Shown one piece after another: positions 50,254 to 62,196 of a DNA stretch of 64,000 bases (position 1 is the first letter of the stretch; every line of letters starts with the position of its first letter). Below the pieces are notes generated by a model. It searched no databases, had not been told where the DNA came from, and saw nothing but the letters and a program-made list of their open reading frames with translations. Source of the stretch: Vicugna vicugna (Eukaryota); assembly GCA_013265495.1 (NCBI GenBank), contig MU058290.1, positions 496,001-560,000 of the forward strand. Direction: 5' to 3'. Position numbers and translations under genes: made by a program.

Positions 50254-50449
50254 TGATTACACTTGCAACAGCACCCTCTGGCTGCTACCCAATCACTGGC
50301 CCAGAGATTCCCTCAGGGTTGTGATGAGGCATAAAGACTGCTGATGGTTTCTCTCTCTTGGCAGCTAGGAACGTAGCCGGAAGTTCTTGCAGATCAAGAT
50401 CAGAAGCCATGGCATGGCTGTAAACTCATGAAATTCTATCTTTGAGAAA

Positions 50450-50512
50450 GATAGAGGGAGAAAGAGAGAGAGAAAAGAGAGAGAAAGAGAGAAGGGGGAG
50501 AGAGAGAGAGAG
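50450..50512. repeat. GA-rich simple repeat
   Basis: Read directly from sequence. Confidence 0.9.
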
Positions 50513-51619
50513 AACAATCAAACTCAGGACCTCTTCTTGGGCTGGAGGTGTAATCCTTTCTGTAAGAGAAGCATCACTCTACAGATCTCAACTATTTAGT
50601 GTGAATATCTGGTTATAGGTCACATTTCTAACTCAGAAAGGTTTATCGATCCAAGAAGATCTCAGGTTGTCCAGATCCATGGCGTGGGACCACACTCAAG
50701 AAGACAACCAGAGTAAGTCTCCCACTTGGAATGATAGGTTAACAGCTGGTGAAAGAGACAAGAATTTTATTGATGCTAATCACATTCAAGGATAAAGAGA
50801 AATCTTTAAATTCTTCACTTTTTTTTTGGCAATATCTGCTCTAGTAATGCTATTAAGTGATTCAGGAAATAGTTCGTTATAGTTTAGAGTGGGTATCAAT
50901 ATTACTTCAGTTGGAATTTAGTCCTGGCTTTACCACTAACAGTGAAACCTAGATAATTCAGTTTCCTCTCTGCACTTCATTTGTTTCACCAATGGTTAAA
51001 TAAGTGGAATAAAGTCAAGTGTTCTCTAAGATCCTTTTTACTCATATAAGATAGGACTTTACATAAATCTACGAGGTTTTGAGAAAGTCATTCAAAGGCA
51101 TTACTCTAAAATGAATCTAAACTGACTGTATTTTCAATAAAAAATAATAAAATAAAATGAATCTATGTCAGGAATAGGTTTATATTCATCTTTTTATATT
51201 CACAGCACAGTACACGACACAGAGGATGTGCTAAATAAATATTCATCAAGTGACAGAACAAATAAATACTGGTGCTGTATGAAATACAGAAATATATCTG
51301 TAGTCTACATTGTGTTCCACTAACTCAGCTGAAGATTTTGTCAAGACTTTACTTGCTCAGACACTATTGCACAGAGAGCTCGCTATGAGGTGGAGCTGGC
51401 TATTAGGAAAGAAATCCAGAATGTTTGATCTCTGCCCTTTGCAGATCACTCACAGGAGAAGCTGAGACTAAATCTTTTTCCCAGAAAATATCAGGGAGCT
51501 GCAGTCTTGCTATTTGTTCTATTTAAAATAATTTAGGTGGACTCATGGAGTTAAATATCAGAGCAACCTTGTTTTTTTTAACAGAATATGTCCCATTATA
51601 ACTAGTATATATTCTTTGG

Positions 51620-51800
51620 CATCATCACAGGGAGACCAAATTTGACCTAAGACCCTGGGAGGACCAGTGGAAATAATCAGTCCCATAGAGGTTCTTTTTC
51701 AGATGTCTGATACCGATGCTCCTGAAATTCCACCACTAAAACAATCCTAGATTTGCAGATCACTTTTTGCTTTTCCGTCCATTAATTAATTCAGTCCTCA
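51620..51800. promoter_or_regulatory. Candidate OR promoter/enhancer upstream of the OR4H-like gene
   Basis: tcacagggaga, accctgggag and tcccatagag O/E-like sites, plus homeodomain-like cattaattaattca. Confidence 0.3.
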
Positions 51801-53379
51801 CCATGAGTGGCATTATTTTCTCATAGAGAAGGACTGAAGTTAATAGAAGTGAGGAAAATTGCGTTCAGATCTGCCTGTAACAAGCAGAGCTATGCATCAA
51901 ACCCAGTTGTTCTATCTTTAAATTCTGTGTTCTCTCTCCCAATGAAGAAAGTAGAAAAACCTCGGGTCTTAGACTTGGATTAATTTTATGGGCTACTGAG
52001 GCAGATTCAAGATAAAGTTGAGTCAGTCACCATCCTAGGAGCACAGAGCAGCTGCACGAGCATTTTTGGGTATCCTTGTTTGAACTCTTAAAGAAAGTCG
52101 TGCAAGGATATGGACTATATTCTGATACTACTCCAGTCAAAAATATATATTTGAGAGGGTGGATGTGAGCAGAAGATGCATTTTCTAAGATTTTGATAAG
52201 CTTGGAATTTACATAAATGGAATTAGGAGATGCACATGGTAAGGAGGTTAGTGTCCTAACATGACTCCTATCCAGGCTTGGTCCCTCCAGCATGGTCTCC
52301 AGTCACTAAGGTGTGTGGTGATGACTAGATACTCACTTACAGTGTGCCGTGTACGTAAGTGCTTTATATGGAACACATATGTAATCTTTACAACACTTAT
52401 GTGGTATGTGCTACTTTTTTCCACGTTTTGCACTTGAGAAAACAGGCAAAGGGAAGTTAACTAAGTTTCCTAAAATCATAGTGTTAGCAAGTAGGAGAGT
52501 TAGAATTTGAATGTAGGCAAGCTGGGTTTCAGACTTTTTTTTTTTTTAAAAAAGTGCTCTCACCACCTCCCGTTCCTGCTGCCCGCTTGCCCTACGAGTG
52601 ATCTTTATTTATGATCCCCCAAGTCATCCAAGATAAATTCCAACTCCTTGGCTTAACTCACAAGACTGTTTATGGTATGAGAAACTTTTCCTTTTTAGCC
52701 TGACTTCCGGACACTTCCCTTCATGGATTCTGTGCTGAATCATATCAAACCTGTTGACATTCCATATAGAGGAGTCTATGATGATTTACACCTTTTATCT
52801 TCATATATTCTATTCACTATTCACTTCCTGCCTTGTCCACTTCTCTGTGCCCTAACCCTGCAAACTACTTCATCTACAGGTTAACTCTAAGTCATCTTCC
52901 AAAATTCCACTCAATGATGACTTTCTCTGGAAAGGTGTCCCTGACTCTCCTGGACTTTCTTACCCTTATCTCATAAAACTGTGATTGAAAGTTTATGTGT
53001 AGACCTCCTCTATTTGATTGTCAGTTCATGGCAAATAAAATAATGTCTAGATTAATGACCAATATCACATCATTGCTACTGCATTGTCACTGTAAATTAA
53101 ATTGAGCAAAATTGGGCACAAATTGTGCGTGTTGCGATGATCTTGCCAGCCACAACAGTAGTCTTCGTCTCTAAATGCTAGGTATAATTTAAACCTAAAA
53201 ATATATAAAAAATATATAAAAAAATATAAACCAAACTCTTTGTGATTAGCATAAAAGGAATATTTTGACTTTGCAGAAGGTTTAAGACTTTCAAAGGAGA
53301 AAGAAGATATGGTGACTTTGATGCCATCAGCCCCGCAGTATGCATACTGGTTAAGAAAATAAATTTTGAAGTCCCATTG

Positions 53380-53565
53380 CCTAGATTCAAATACCAACTC
53401 TGCCAGTCATGAGCTCTGTGATCTTGGGCAAATCATTTCCTCTGTCTGTGCTTCAGTTGCCTCTTCTGTGAAGTGGGGATAGTGATGATAGCTTACCTTA
53501 TAAGATTTGTATGAGAATTAACTGAGGACAACACCTGGCATATAGTAGGTACAAGTGCTTTCTCT
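53380..53565 (+). mobile_element. MIR SINE
   Basis: ctgtgatcttgggcaaatcatttcctctgtctgtgcttcagttgcctcttctgtgaagtggggata MIR core. Confidence 0.8.
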
Positions 53566-53729
53566 TATTAAATATTTTTTCAGCCCTTATGATTTTACCA
53601 ATTGGTGATAATTGAGCACATTTGGTTTTACTGTTATAATGTCATAGAATATTCAAAGATTTAAGAACACAGAGCATATCCTCCTCTTAAAGGACTCTGT
53701 GCCATAAAAGAGCAATTGCTTTAAAAAAT

Positions 53730-53892
53730 TGTTTTTAATTATTTTATTTTATTTTACTTCATTTTGGGGGGGAGATAATTAGGATTTTTATTTATTTGTT
53801 TGCTTATTTATTTACATAGAGGTACTGGGGATTGAACCCAGGACCTCGGGCATGCTAAGCATCTGCTCTGCAACTGAGCTAACTCCTCCCTC
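53730..53892 (-). mobile_element. tRNA-derived SINE (camelid vic-1-like)
   Basis: gaggtactggggattgaacccaggacctcgggcatgctaagcat...ctgagcta; same family as 20891-21057. Confidence 0.85.
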
Positions 53893-55718
53893 TGAATGTG
53901 CTTTTTAAAATGCAACGCTTTTTCATGAGTTTATTTTTCTATGATCTATCTATCATTATCAATCATCTATCTATTTCTCATTCCATTTTTCTATCATTTA
54001 TTTAAGGGTTTGTGTATTTTGTGGGTTCTAGATTCAGAATTCAACAACTCATACCAACCCCTTCACTGACTGTGTTATAGTGGATGATTCACCAGAACTC
54101 TTCAAACTTTGGTGCTCTGTAAAATGGAGATAAAAATTATAATGTTCTTGAGAGGATAGAAATGAGGTAACATATGATAATAATTTAGCACACAATCCTG
54201 AACATAGGAAGGTGCTTAAAAAATGTTGACAGTTATTAATAGTATCTCTACAATGAAAATGGGCAGACACTATAGTTTATCTCAGGAATAAAATTACATA
54301 AAAATTTTGTTATTTTCTATTAGTTGTTTATGTACCTTTTATATAATAGCTGACTTGGTAAAATTATAAATTCTATCTACTAGAGGGGTCCCACTGCATA
54401 GACTCAAATTATAATGTAAAAAACTTCATAAATACCAACATGCTATATAGATGACATTTTATTTCTGTAACAGCTTTGTGAGATAAATAACTGTATCATC
54501 CATCTTTTATGGATGAGAAAACCAAGATTCAGAGGAGATAAGTAGATTTAGCCAAAGCTGGCAGTCGGTGAGGGGGCTCAAACCTGAATCACTCAGCTCT
54601 GGGTAGTGTGCTTTCCATTGTCTGTGCAGAAAAGAGGTGTTCTTAGTATAAAGATGGAGAACAGCTAGCAATTTGCATAATTCAGGGAAGCCATTTTTAT
54701 TCTGAGGATCTTTAGATCTTGTCTCTTGAGTCAGTCATCTCTTTAAAGAATTCTTCCCTGATTGTTCTTACCCAACATTTTTTCTGTATGCCTTAAGCAC
54801 TTGTGTATATAATTTGTAAAACATATCAAACACTTACTTTTTAACTGCCATTAATAGCTTTATCTGTCTGGGAAATTTTATTCCTAATTCTTACATATAA
54901 TTACAAGGACAGAGAGTTATCTGGAGCATTTTCAAGGCAAAAGGACAGAGGATGATAAAAACTTCAATAATTTTTAAACGTTTCAACTCTTTAGAGCAAC
55001 ACAGAACAAAGTATTTCTCTGTATAGTTTGACCACGTTTCATGGATTTGTTACTGGCAAGCAAAATTGAATTTTCACATGCAACTCAAGGATTAGGATTC
55101 AAACACATCCAGCGTTGATTTATAAGCATAAACTGTTGGTAAGCACTGTATATGTTATTCTCAGTCACTTAAAAAAACTTAATTTTAAATTGTGTTGAAA
55201 TTTCCAAACTAATTTAGAAACTAGAAACTGAGTCCTCACTTAAGTAGAATGCTATCTTCTAAAGCTGATCTGTATATATTATATTAAATAAAAAATTCAT
55301 CTAGGAATTTTAGACATCAGATCTCAGATTCTAACTCCTTGCTTTTATCTCCAGTCTCAAAAATTAACTTATCTATTTAATAATTAAAGTGTTTTCATCC
55401 AAAGATAATTTCTCTTGAGGAGGGCAGAGAGAGAGGGAGGGAAGAGGTGATGAAGAAAAAACTTTGGGGAGAGAAGAACTCTAGGTCTAAGTGTAACAAA
55501 AAATCAAATGTGTCAATAATATGATAAGAAAGTTAATAATGAGAAAAATATCCATTCACTATATTCAAGAAATATAAATAATTTCCTCTGTTACATTTAG
55601 CATCACTTAAACGTTTTCATGACTGTTATTGTTAGGCTTTACCCACTCACAATGGTTTATAACATTTATTTTGTCTGCAGAGAATCAGAGCCACTCAACC
55701 AGTTCTGCCTGGATCCCC

Positions 55719-56657
55719 ATGGAAGTGGCCAACAATGTCACTGAGTTTATATTTCTAGGACTTTCTCAAGATCCTGGAATGCAACTGATGTTCTTTGCGC
55801 TATTCCTCCTCTTCTACGCGGTGATCCTGATGGGAAATCTGCTCATTTTGCTTACTGTCTCTTCTGACCCCCGGCTTCATACACCCATGTATTTCTTCCT
55901 CAGTAACCTGTCCTTTGTAGACACTGCCTATTCCTCAGCCACGGCACCCAAGATGATTGCAGACTTTGTTTCGGAAAAGAAGGTTATTTCCTACTGGGGC
56001 TGTGTAACTCAGATGTTTACCTTCCACTTTTTCGGTTGTGCTGAGATTTTTGTTTTGACTGTCATGGCTTTTGACCGTTACGCCGCCATCTGCCAACCTC
56101 TCCGTTATACTACCATCATGAGGGCCAATGCTTGTATTGTGCTGGCATCACTGTCCTGGTTGGGTGCCCTGGGTCACTCCTTTGTTCAGACCTTCCTGAC
56201 CTTTCAGCTACCCTTCTGCAATGCTCGTGTCATTGACCACTACTTTTGTGACGTCCACCCAGTCCTGAAACTTGCCTGTGCTGATACAACCCTGGTGAAC
56301 ATGCTGGTGATTGCTAATAGTGGTCTCATTTCCCTGGGGTGTTTCCTCATCCTTCTGGCCTCCTACACATTCATTTTATTTAGTCTTCGGAAGCGGTCTG
56401 CAGAGAGCAGGCGCAAGGCTCTCTCTACCTGTGGGTCTCATTTCACTGTAGTAACTTTCTTCTTTGTCCCTTGTATCTTTATTTATCTCCGTCCTTCCAC
56501 CACTTTCCCACTCGATAAGGCTGTGTCTGTGTTCTATACTACCATCACCCCAATGCTAAACCCACTCATCTACACTCTGAGGAATGAGGATGTAAAGAAT
56601 GCCATGAAACGGCTATGGAGTTGCAAGGTCTCCCTGAAGGAAAAGCAGAAGGGATAG
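55719..56657 (+). CDS. Olfactory receptor, family 4 (OR4H-like by position), 312 aa from MEVANNVT
   Basis: Motifs LHTPMYFFL, MAFDRYAAICQPLRY, KALSTCGSHF and PMLNPLIYTLRN; sequon NVT; acceptor tttattttgtctgcag ends at 55680; the track start at 55629 is a TTG in the intron. Confidence 0.95.
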   Translation: MEVANNVTEFIFLGLSQDPGMQLMFFALFLLFYAVILMGNLLILLTVSSDPRLHTPMYFFLSNLSFVDTAYSSATAPKMIADFVSEKKVISYWGCVTQMFTFHFFGCAEIFVLTVMAFDRYAAICQPLRYTTIMRANACIVLASLSWLGALGHSFVQTFLTFQLPFCNARVIDHYFCDVHPVLKLACADTTLVNMLVIANSGLISLGCFLILLASYTFILFSLRKRSAESRRKALSTCGSHFTVVTFFFVPCIFIYLRPSTTFPLDKAVSVFYTTITPMLNPLIYTLRNEDVKNAMKRLWSCKVSLKEKQKG

Positions 56658-57049
56658 TTTGTCAGAATTGCAAAATCAGAGAATTAGCTGATACCTTAAG
56701 TGGTCCCTAACTTATTAATGATTTTAAGGAATCATCTCTAAAATTCAACTATGTCATATTTTTCATTTAAAAGGGAATAATTTGAGGCTATTTCATTTTT
56801 CTGCCTTTAAGTGGGCTAAAGTTAAACCTTTCTTTATGGGCAAAGTTTATCCTCTCTTTCTTCTAGAATGGGAGAGTAAACCTTCCTAGTGAGTATCTCA
56901 TTTAACTGCTGTAAATCCTTTCAATTTAAATCAATCTCTCTCAAGCTGTAATTCAATGATTTAGAATGGAGTTACAAAAGATATCACTGAGGAATCAGAT
57001 AATTTTTCCTAAAAAAAAAGAAGTCTGACTTCCCAGGAGCTGTCTTCTT

Positions 57050-57195
57050 GTCTCCCTCCCTTTCTCCCTCCCTTCCTTCCTCTTGTTTTCTTTCCCCTTT
57101 TCTTTCTTTCTTCCTTCCTTTCTCCGCTTCTTCCTCTCTCTCTCTCTTTCTTCTTCTCCCTCCTTTCTCTCTTTCCCTCTTTCTTTCTTTCCTAG
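57050..57195. repeat. CT-rich polypyrimidine low-complexity tract
   Basis: Read directly from sequence; explains the spurious R/E/K-rich ORF at 56984-57208. Confidence 0.9.
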
Positions 57196-58329
57196 TCTTT
57201 CCCCACAAATATCACATAATCTAGTAGGGGAAATCTATTTACAAAAAGAAAATTATAACACAATATTAAAAATGCAGGCCGACATAGAAATATGCACTGC
57301 ATGCTATGAAGAGGTGAATATAAACTGAAAAAGTGCCCAAAGGATGGTTTCCAAATAGGAGGAAAAAAGAAACGTTTTACATATTTTGGTATGGAGCAAT
57401 TTTTTAAGAGACACTATTAGAGAATTTGAATATTCTCTATCACTCCAGTATTATATTATTTTTACTGAAAGTAATCTAACTTTTTTTTTTGCAATGCATA
57501 GAATAATTAAAGCAACTAAAATGAACTGACATTTGAACTACTGCAATGACCAAGTTAAGGAGATGTATTTCTATTATAAAATTTTAGTTAAAATTGTTTT
57601 TAATTTTCAAACAGGACAAAATGAATTAAAGCACATTTTTTTTTTGTTATGTCCTTTGGAGAATATCTGGGTATTCTAAACACTTCAGAAAAGGCATTTT
57701 TATTTTGAGTAACTTTTTAGATTTTGTTTCATGGCTCAGATCTTTCAAGAAATTTGCTTTGATAATTTTCATCCAACATTTATTTTCTGCATGCTTTAAA
57801 CACTCCTGTATATAGTTTATTAAATGCTGTCAGACACATTTTTTTCCTGGCTTTTGTTTTTTATCAAAATGGATTTTTATCTCATTTCCATGATTTATTA
57901 AGAAAGTAAATCATGTATCTGACTTCTTTTCTACTCCTCATACATAGCACAGAGCTGGATTCACAATGCATTCTTGTGATAGAATAAGCTGATTGTCATC
58001 CCAATATCCATTGTTTCTTCTTTTCCTTAGTATTAGACTTGACATTACTTATGGTGACTCTGCTAAAACATTGCGTTTGCCAGTCTCTCCTTTGCAGCTG
58101 GCATGGACAATATAATGTTAACAGTAGCTTAACTACTACCACTATTAACTACTACTATGACTAACTACCCTTTAAAATGGTTTCTCTGCACTTCAGTCCT
58201 TTTGTACACAGTCACCATTAATATTTTGTTGCATTTCGTATAGATATTTCTCTTAATACCTTTTCTCTGCAAAAAAGGGTTATTCTATTCTATGTATAAA
58301 TAACTAATTTAAAAAATAATAAATACATT

Positions 58330-59565
58330 GAAATTATATTTAAAATGGCAGGCTACATTAGTTTTCCTTTTTCCTCCTAAGATCTAAATAAAATAATAAA
58401 AATAACAGCAATAACAATAATAATAATAACAACAAAGGGGAAAATGTTTAGGCTCATAAGAAAAAAGATAGCAGGACAAAAGTTAGATGCAGACAAAAGA
58501 TTCCAATAAATGTTTGGAAAAGAGAAAAACAAAGACTTCGTAACTGACAGTAGAGAAGGCAGAGTAGAGAAGGCTAACTCTAAAACATCATCTGAGAGGA
58601 AGACTGAGGAGAAATACAGATTTATCTACCAGAATCTCTGACGTGGATACCAGGACACCAGATAAGGGAGATGGTGAGATGCAAGGCTGGTAATAGGGAG
58701 AGTAAGAGAAAGGAACAGTTCAATCTCCCATCCTCTCTTTCCACCCCCACTCCCAGATGCTCACAGAGGCATAAGCTTTGCAGACAGAATATTGGATCTT
58801 TGCATCAAAAAATTGAATATTAAAGAAAAGTCTTTCGCATTCTGCCTTTGAATATCACAAATGGAATGGCTGCCTCTCTACAGAAGCCTACCAATTAGTA
58901 AGCTCTGCTCCACTGATCCAGAGCTTTTGGTCAAATTTTTGCTACCTAATTCTTTAATATACATAAGATATTTGAAGAAAAAAGTGAGCTTCAGGAAGGC
59001 CAAAAGGAATCTGGTGGAATCAAGATAACACAGGAAAAAATACACTTAATAAAAACCACTTATACTTTCACATTGATGAGATAAAATAATTGTAATCCTG
59101 AAATGAGAATATGATGATTTAAATAAATGAACAGAATAAAAAGTTACTTTTGGAAACTAAATAAAATAGAAAGAATAATAAAAATTAAATCAAAAGAGGT
59201 TGAAAGACAGAATCAAAGATGTCTCCATGTTAAGTAGAAAAAAAAATTTCAGAGAAATGGAGAATAGAAAAAAAAAGAAATAGAAAGAATAAAGTCAAGA
59301 GGTGAAACATTCAACTCATATTTGTTCTAGGAGAATAGAGAAGACAGGGGAGAAGAATTTAAAAGAAATAGTGAAGAAAAAACTCAGAGCAGATAGGTTT
59401 AAATCTTCAGATACAAAATATTAATTGAGTGCCCACCATAACCATGAGAAAACAATACTGTTATTATGAAATTTTATTACCGTAGAGGTTGAGAAGACTA
59501 TAAAATTATTAAGAAAAAGAAAAAAATAGGCCATAAATAAGTGAGCAAAAAATCTGAAAGATATT
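58330..59565 (+). mobile_element. Old HAL1/L1 ORF1-like remnant, 5' part
   Basis: A-rich ORF1-like sequence (gttctaggagaatagagaagac...aaagaaatagtgaagaaaa...gagtgcccacca) that resumes after the younger L1. Confidence 0.55.
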
Positions 59566-59567
59566 AG

Positions 59568-61126
59568 AAATGAAGCTGGAGGAATAATCCTCCCAGACTT
59601 CAGACACTACTACAAAGCTACAGCAATCAAAACAGCATGGTACTGGCACAGAAACAGACATATGGATCAATGGGACAGAATAGAGAGCCCAGAAATAAAC
59701 CCACACACCTACAGTCAATTAATCTTGGACAAAGTAGGCAGGAATATAAAATGGAAAAAAGACAGTCTCTTTGACAAGGGGTGCTGGGAAAGCTGTATAG
59801 CTGCATGTAAATCAGTGAAATTAGAACACTCACTCACATCATATACAAAAATAAACTCAAAATGGCTTAAAGACTTAAACATAAGACAAGATAGCATAAA
59901 CCTTCTAGAAGAGAACATACACAAAACATTCTCTGATATAAATCATAGCGTTGTTCTCATAGGTCAGTCTCCCATGGCAATAAAAATAAAAGAAAAAATA
60001 AACAAATGGTACCCAATTAAACTTATAAGCTTTTGCACAGCAAAGGAAACCCTAAATAAAATGAAAAGACAACCAACAGAATGGGAGAAAATATTTGCAA
60101 ACGATGTGATTGACAGGGGCTTAATTTGTAGAATATACAAACAGCTCATAAAACTCAATAACAACAACAAAAAAACAAACAACCCAATCCAAAAATGTGC
60201 AGAAGTCCTAAACAAACATTTCTCCAATGAAGACATACAAATGGCCAATAGGCACATGAAAAAATTCTCAGTATTGCTAATTATCAGAGAAATGCAAATC
60301 AAAACTACAATGAGGTATCAACTAACACTAGTCAGAATGGCCATCATTAAAAAATCCACAAACAATAAACACTGGAGAAGGTGTGGAATAAAGGGAACCC
60401 TCTTAGACTGTTGATGGGAATGTAGTTTGGTACAGCCATTATGGAGAACAGTATGGAGATTCCTTAAAAAACTAAAAATAGACTTACAATATGATCCAGC
60501 AATCCCACTCCTGGGCATATATCTGGAGGACATTCTAATTTGAAAAGATACATGCACCCCAACGTTCATAGTAGCACTATATACAACAGCCAAAACATGG
60601 AAGCAACCTAAATGTCCATTGACAGGTGACTGAATAGGAAGCTGTAGCATATATAAACAATGGAATACTACTCGGCCATAAAAATTAATAAAATAATGCC
60701 ATTTGCAGTTATGTGAATGGAACTAGAGATCATCACACTATGTGAAGAAAGCCAGAAAGGGAAAGAAAAATACCATATGATATCACTTATATGTGGAATC
60801 ACACACACACAAAAAGACACAAATGAACTTATTTACAAAACAAAGACAGACTCACAGACATAAAAAACAAACTTATGGTTACCATTGGGGAAAGGGGGTG
60901 GAGAGGGATAAATTAGGAGTTAGGGATTTTCAGATACAACCTATTATATATAAAATAGATAAATAATAAGGTCTTACTGTACAAACAAGGGACTATATTC
61001 AATATCTTGTAATGGCCTATACTGAAAAAGAATATAAAAAAATATATGTATAAATTAGTCACTATTCTGTACACCAGAAATTAACACAACATTGTAAATC
61101 AATTAGACCTTAATTAAAAAAATAAA
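59568..61126 (+). mobile_element. 5'-truncated L1: ORF2 C-terminal region, 3'UTR and A tail
   Basis: ORF 59662-60414 ([20 protein letters not shown]...[13 protein letters not shown]...[12 protein letters not shown]...MQIKTTMRY) is L1 ORF2, interrupted by stop/frameshift. Confidence 0.97.
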
Positions 61127-61129
61127 GCA

Positions 61130-61620
61130 AAAGGTATTTTAGAGTGCTCAGTAGCAACATTGGACCCTACAATACAGTGGAAAAATGCCTGAAAGTGATT
61201 TTCAGCCTAGGATTCTATACAGAACAAAATTATCAGTCAGTTATGAAGGTAGCATAAATTATTTTCAGTCATGAAATGATTCATAAAATTTAATTTTTGT
61301 AAGTACCCCTTCTTTGAAGTATGAGAGGGTATGTCCCAGCAAAAACAAAAACAAAAAAAAGGGAAGAGATAGCATCAGGCAATCAGGGCAGCGGGAGACC
61401 CACAGTGTTTTTAAGATGACAGCTGTGCAGCAGACACAGATGAAGCAGAAGGACAGAAACCCGGGAAAGGAAGCTTCAGAAAACAGAGAGAGGAGAGTGG
61501 GAATTTACATTATATAAGATGTTGGAGCATCTTTATTATAGAGGTATAGTCAAGAGGATGCAACAAGTTAATGTGTTTAAGGATACATTTATAGAAAATT
61601 ATATGTCATTTAGGATCCTA
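61130..61620 (+). mobile_element. Old HAL1/L1 ORF1-like remnant, 3' part
   Basis: agcaacattgga...acagtggaaaaatgcc...gattttcagcctaggattctatac resembles the ORF1 C-terminal coding region. Confidence 0.55.
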
Positions 61621-61657
61621 ACAGAAAATGAATGACATACTCAAAATACGATAATTC

Positions 61658-62196
61658 TGTTAGCGAATTAAGTCAAATGGACCCTACTTGGGCCTCTAGC
61701 CCAGCTGAGACTCTCTGCCTTGGTGGGAGAGGGTTCTTCTGTTTGGGTTCAAGCAGCTGAAACATGGAACCAAAGCTGAGATCGAGTAACACAACACTAG
61801 TTTATTCAATGGCCAAAGAATGGAGGAGCAGGAACTAAGTACATAGCTCAACTTCTCGCCCAGGTGGAGAGAGGGATTTAATTTTACAGAGTAAAGACAA
61901 AGGGAGAAGTGAGGCTGATGATAGGGAGGTATTTGCATCAGCCTACCAGGGAAGGGGCAGGGCTTCTTCTGAGGGAGTGGGATGCCACCTCCTTTTTACC
62001 CTTTTTCGGTTCTTAATGTCCCGTCATGGCCACTGGTAGGTGTGTCATTCGCTATGCTACTGCAGTAAAATCCAAGTATAATGAGACTCAGGGTCTGCTG
62101 GAGGTCAGATTCATGACCATTTTGGTCCCAGCTGGTTCCATCTGGTTTTTGTTTGTTTGTCTGTAGTTTCCTTTCTTATCTCTGGACCCTGTAACT
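61658..62196 (-). mobile_element. Probable ERV1-type solo LTR
   Basis: About 540-bp GC-richer block, tgtt...gtaac ends, tttatt (minus-strand AATAAA) at 61801. Confidence 0.55.

Noticed and set aside
54671..54690. Octamer motifs ATTTGCAT (also about 1768 and 10705)
   Set aside because: Expected by chance in 64 kb of AT-rich DNA; no associated snRNA or Ig-like gene seen.
56984..57328. Charged or Phe/Ser-rich short ORFs
   Set aside because: Translations of a CT-rich low-complexity tract.
59662..60414. 250-aa ORF as a host gene
   Set aside because: It is the C-terminal part of L1 ORF2 in a truncated, disrupted element.
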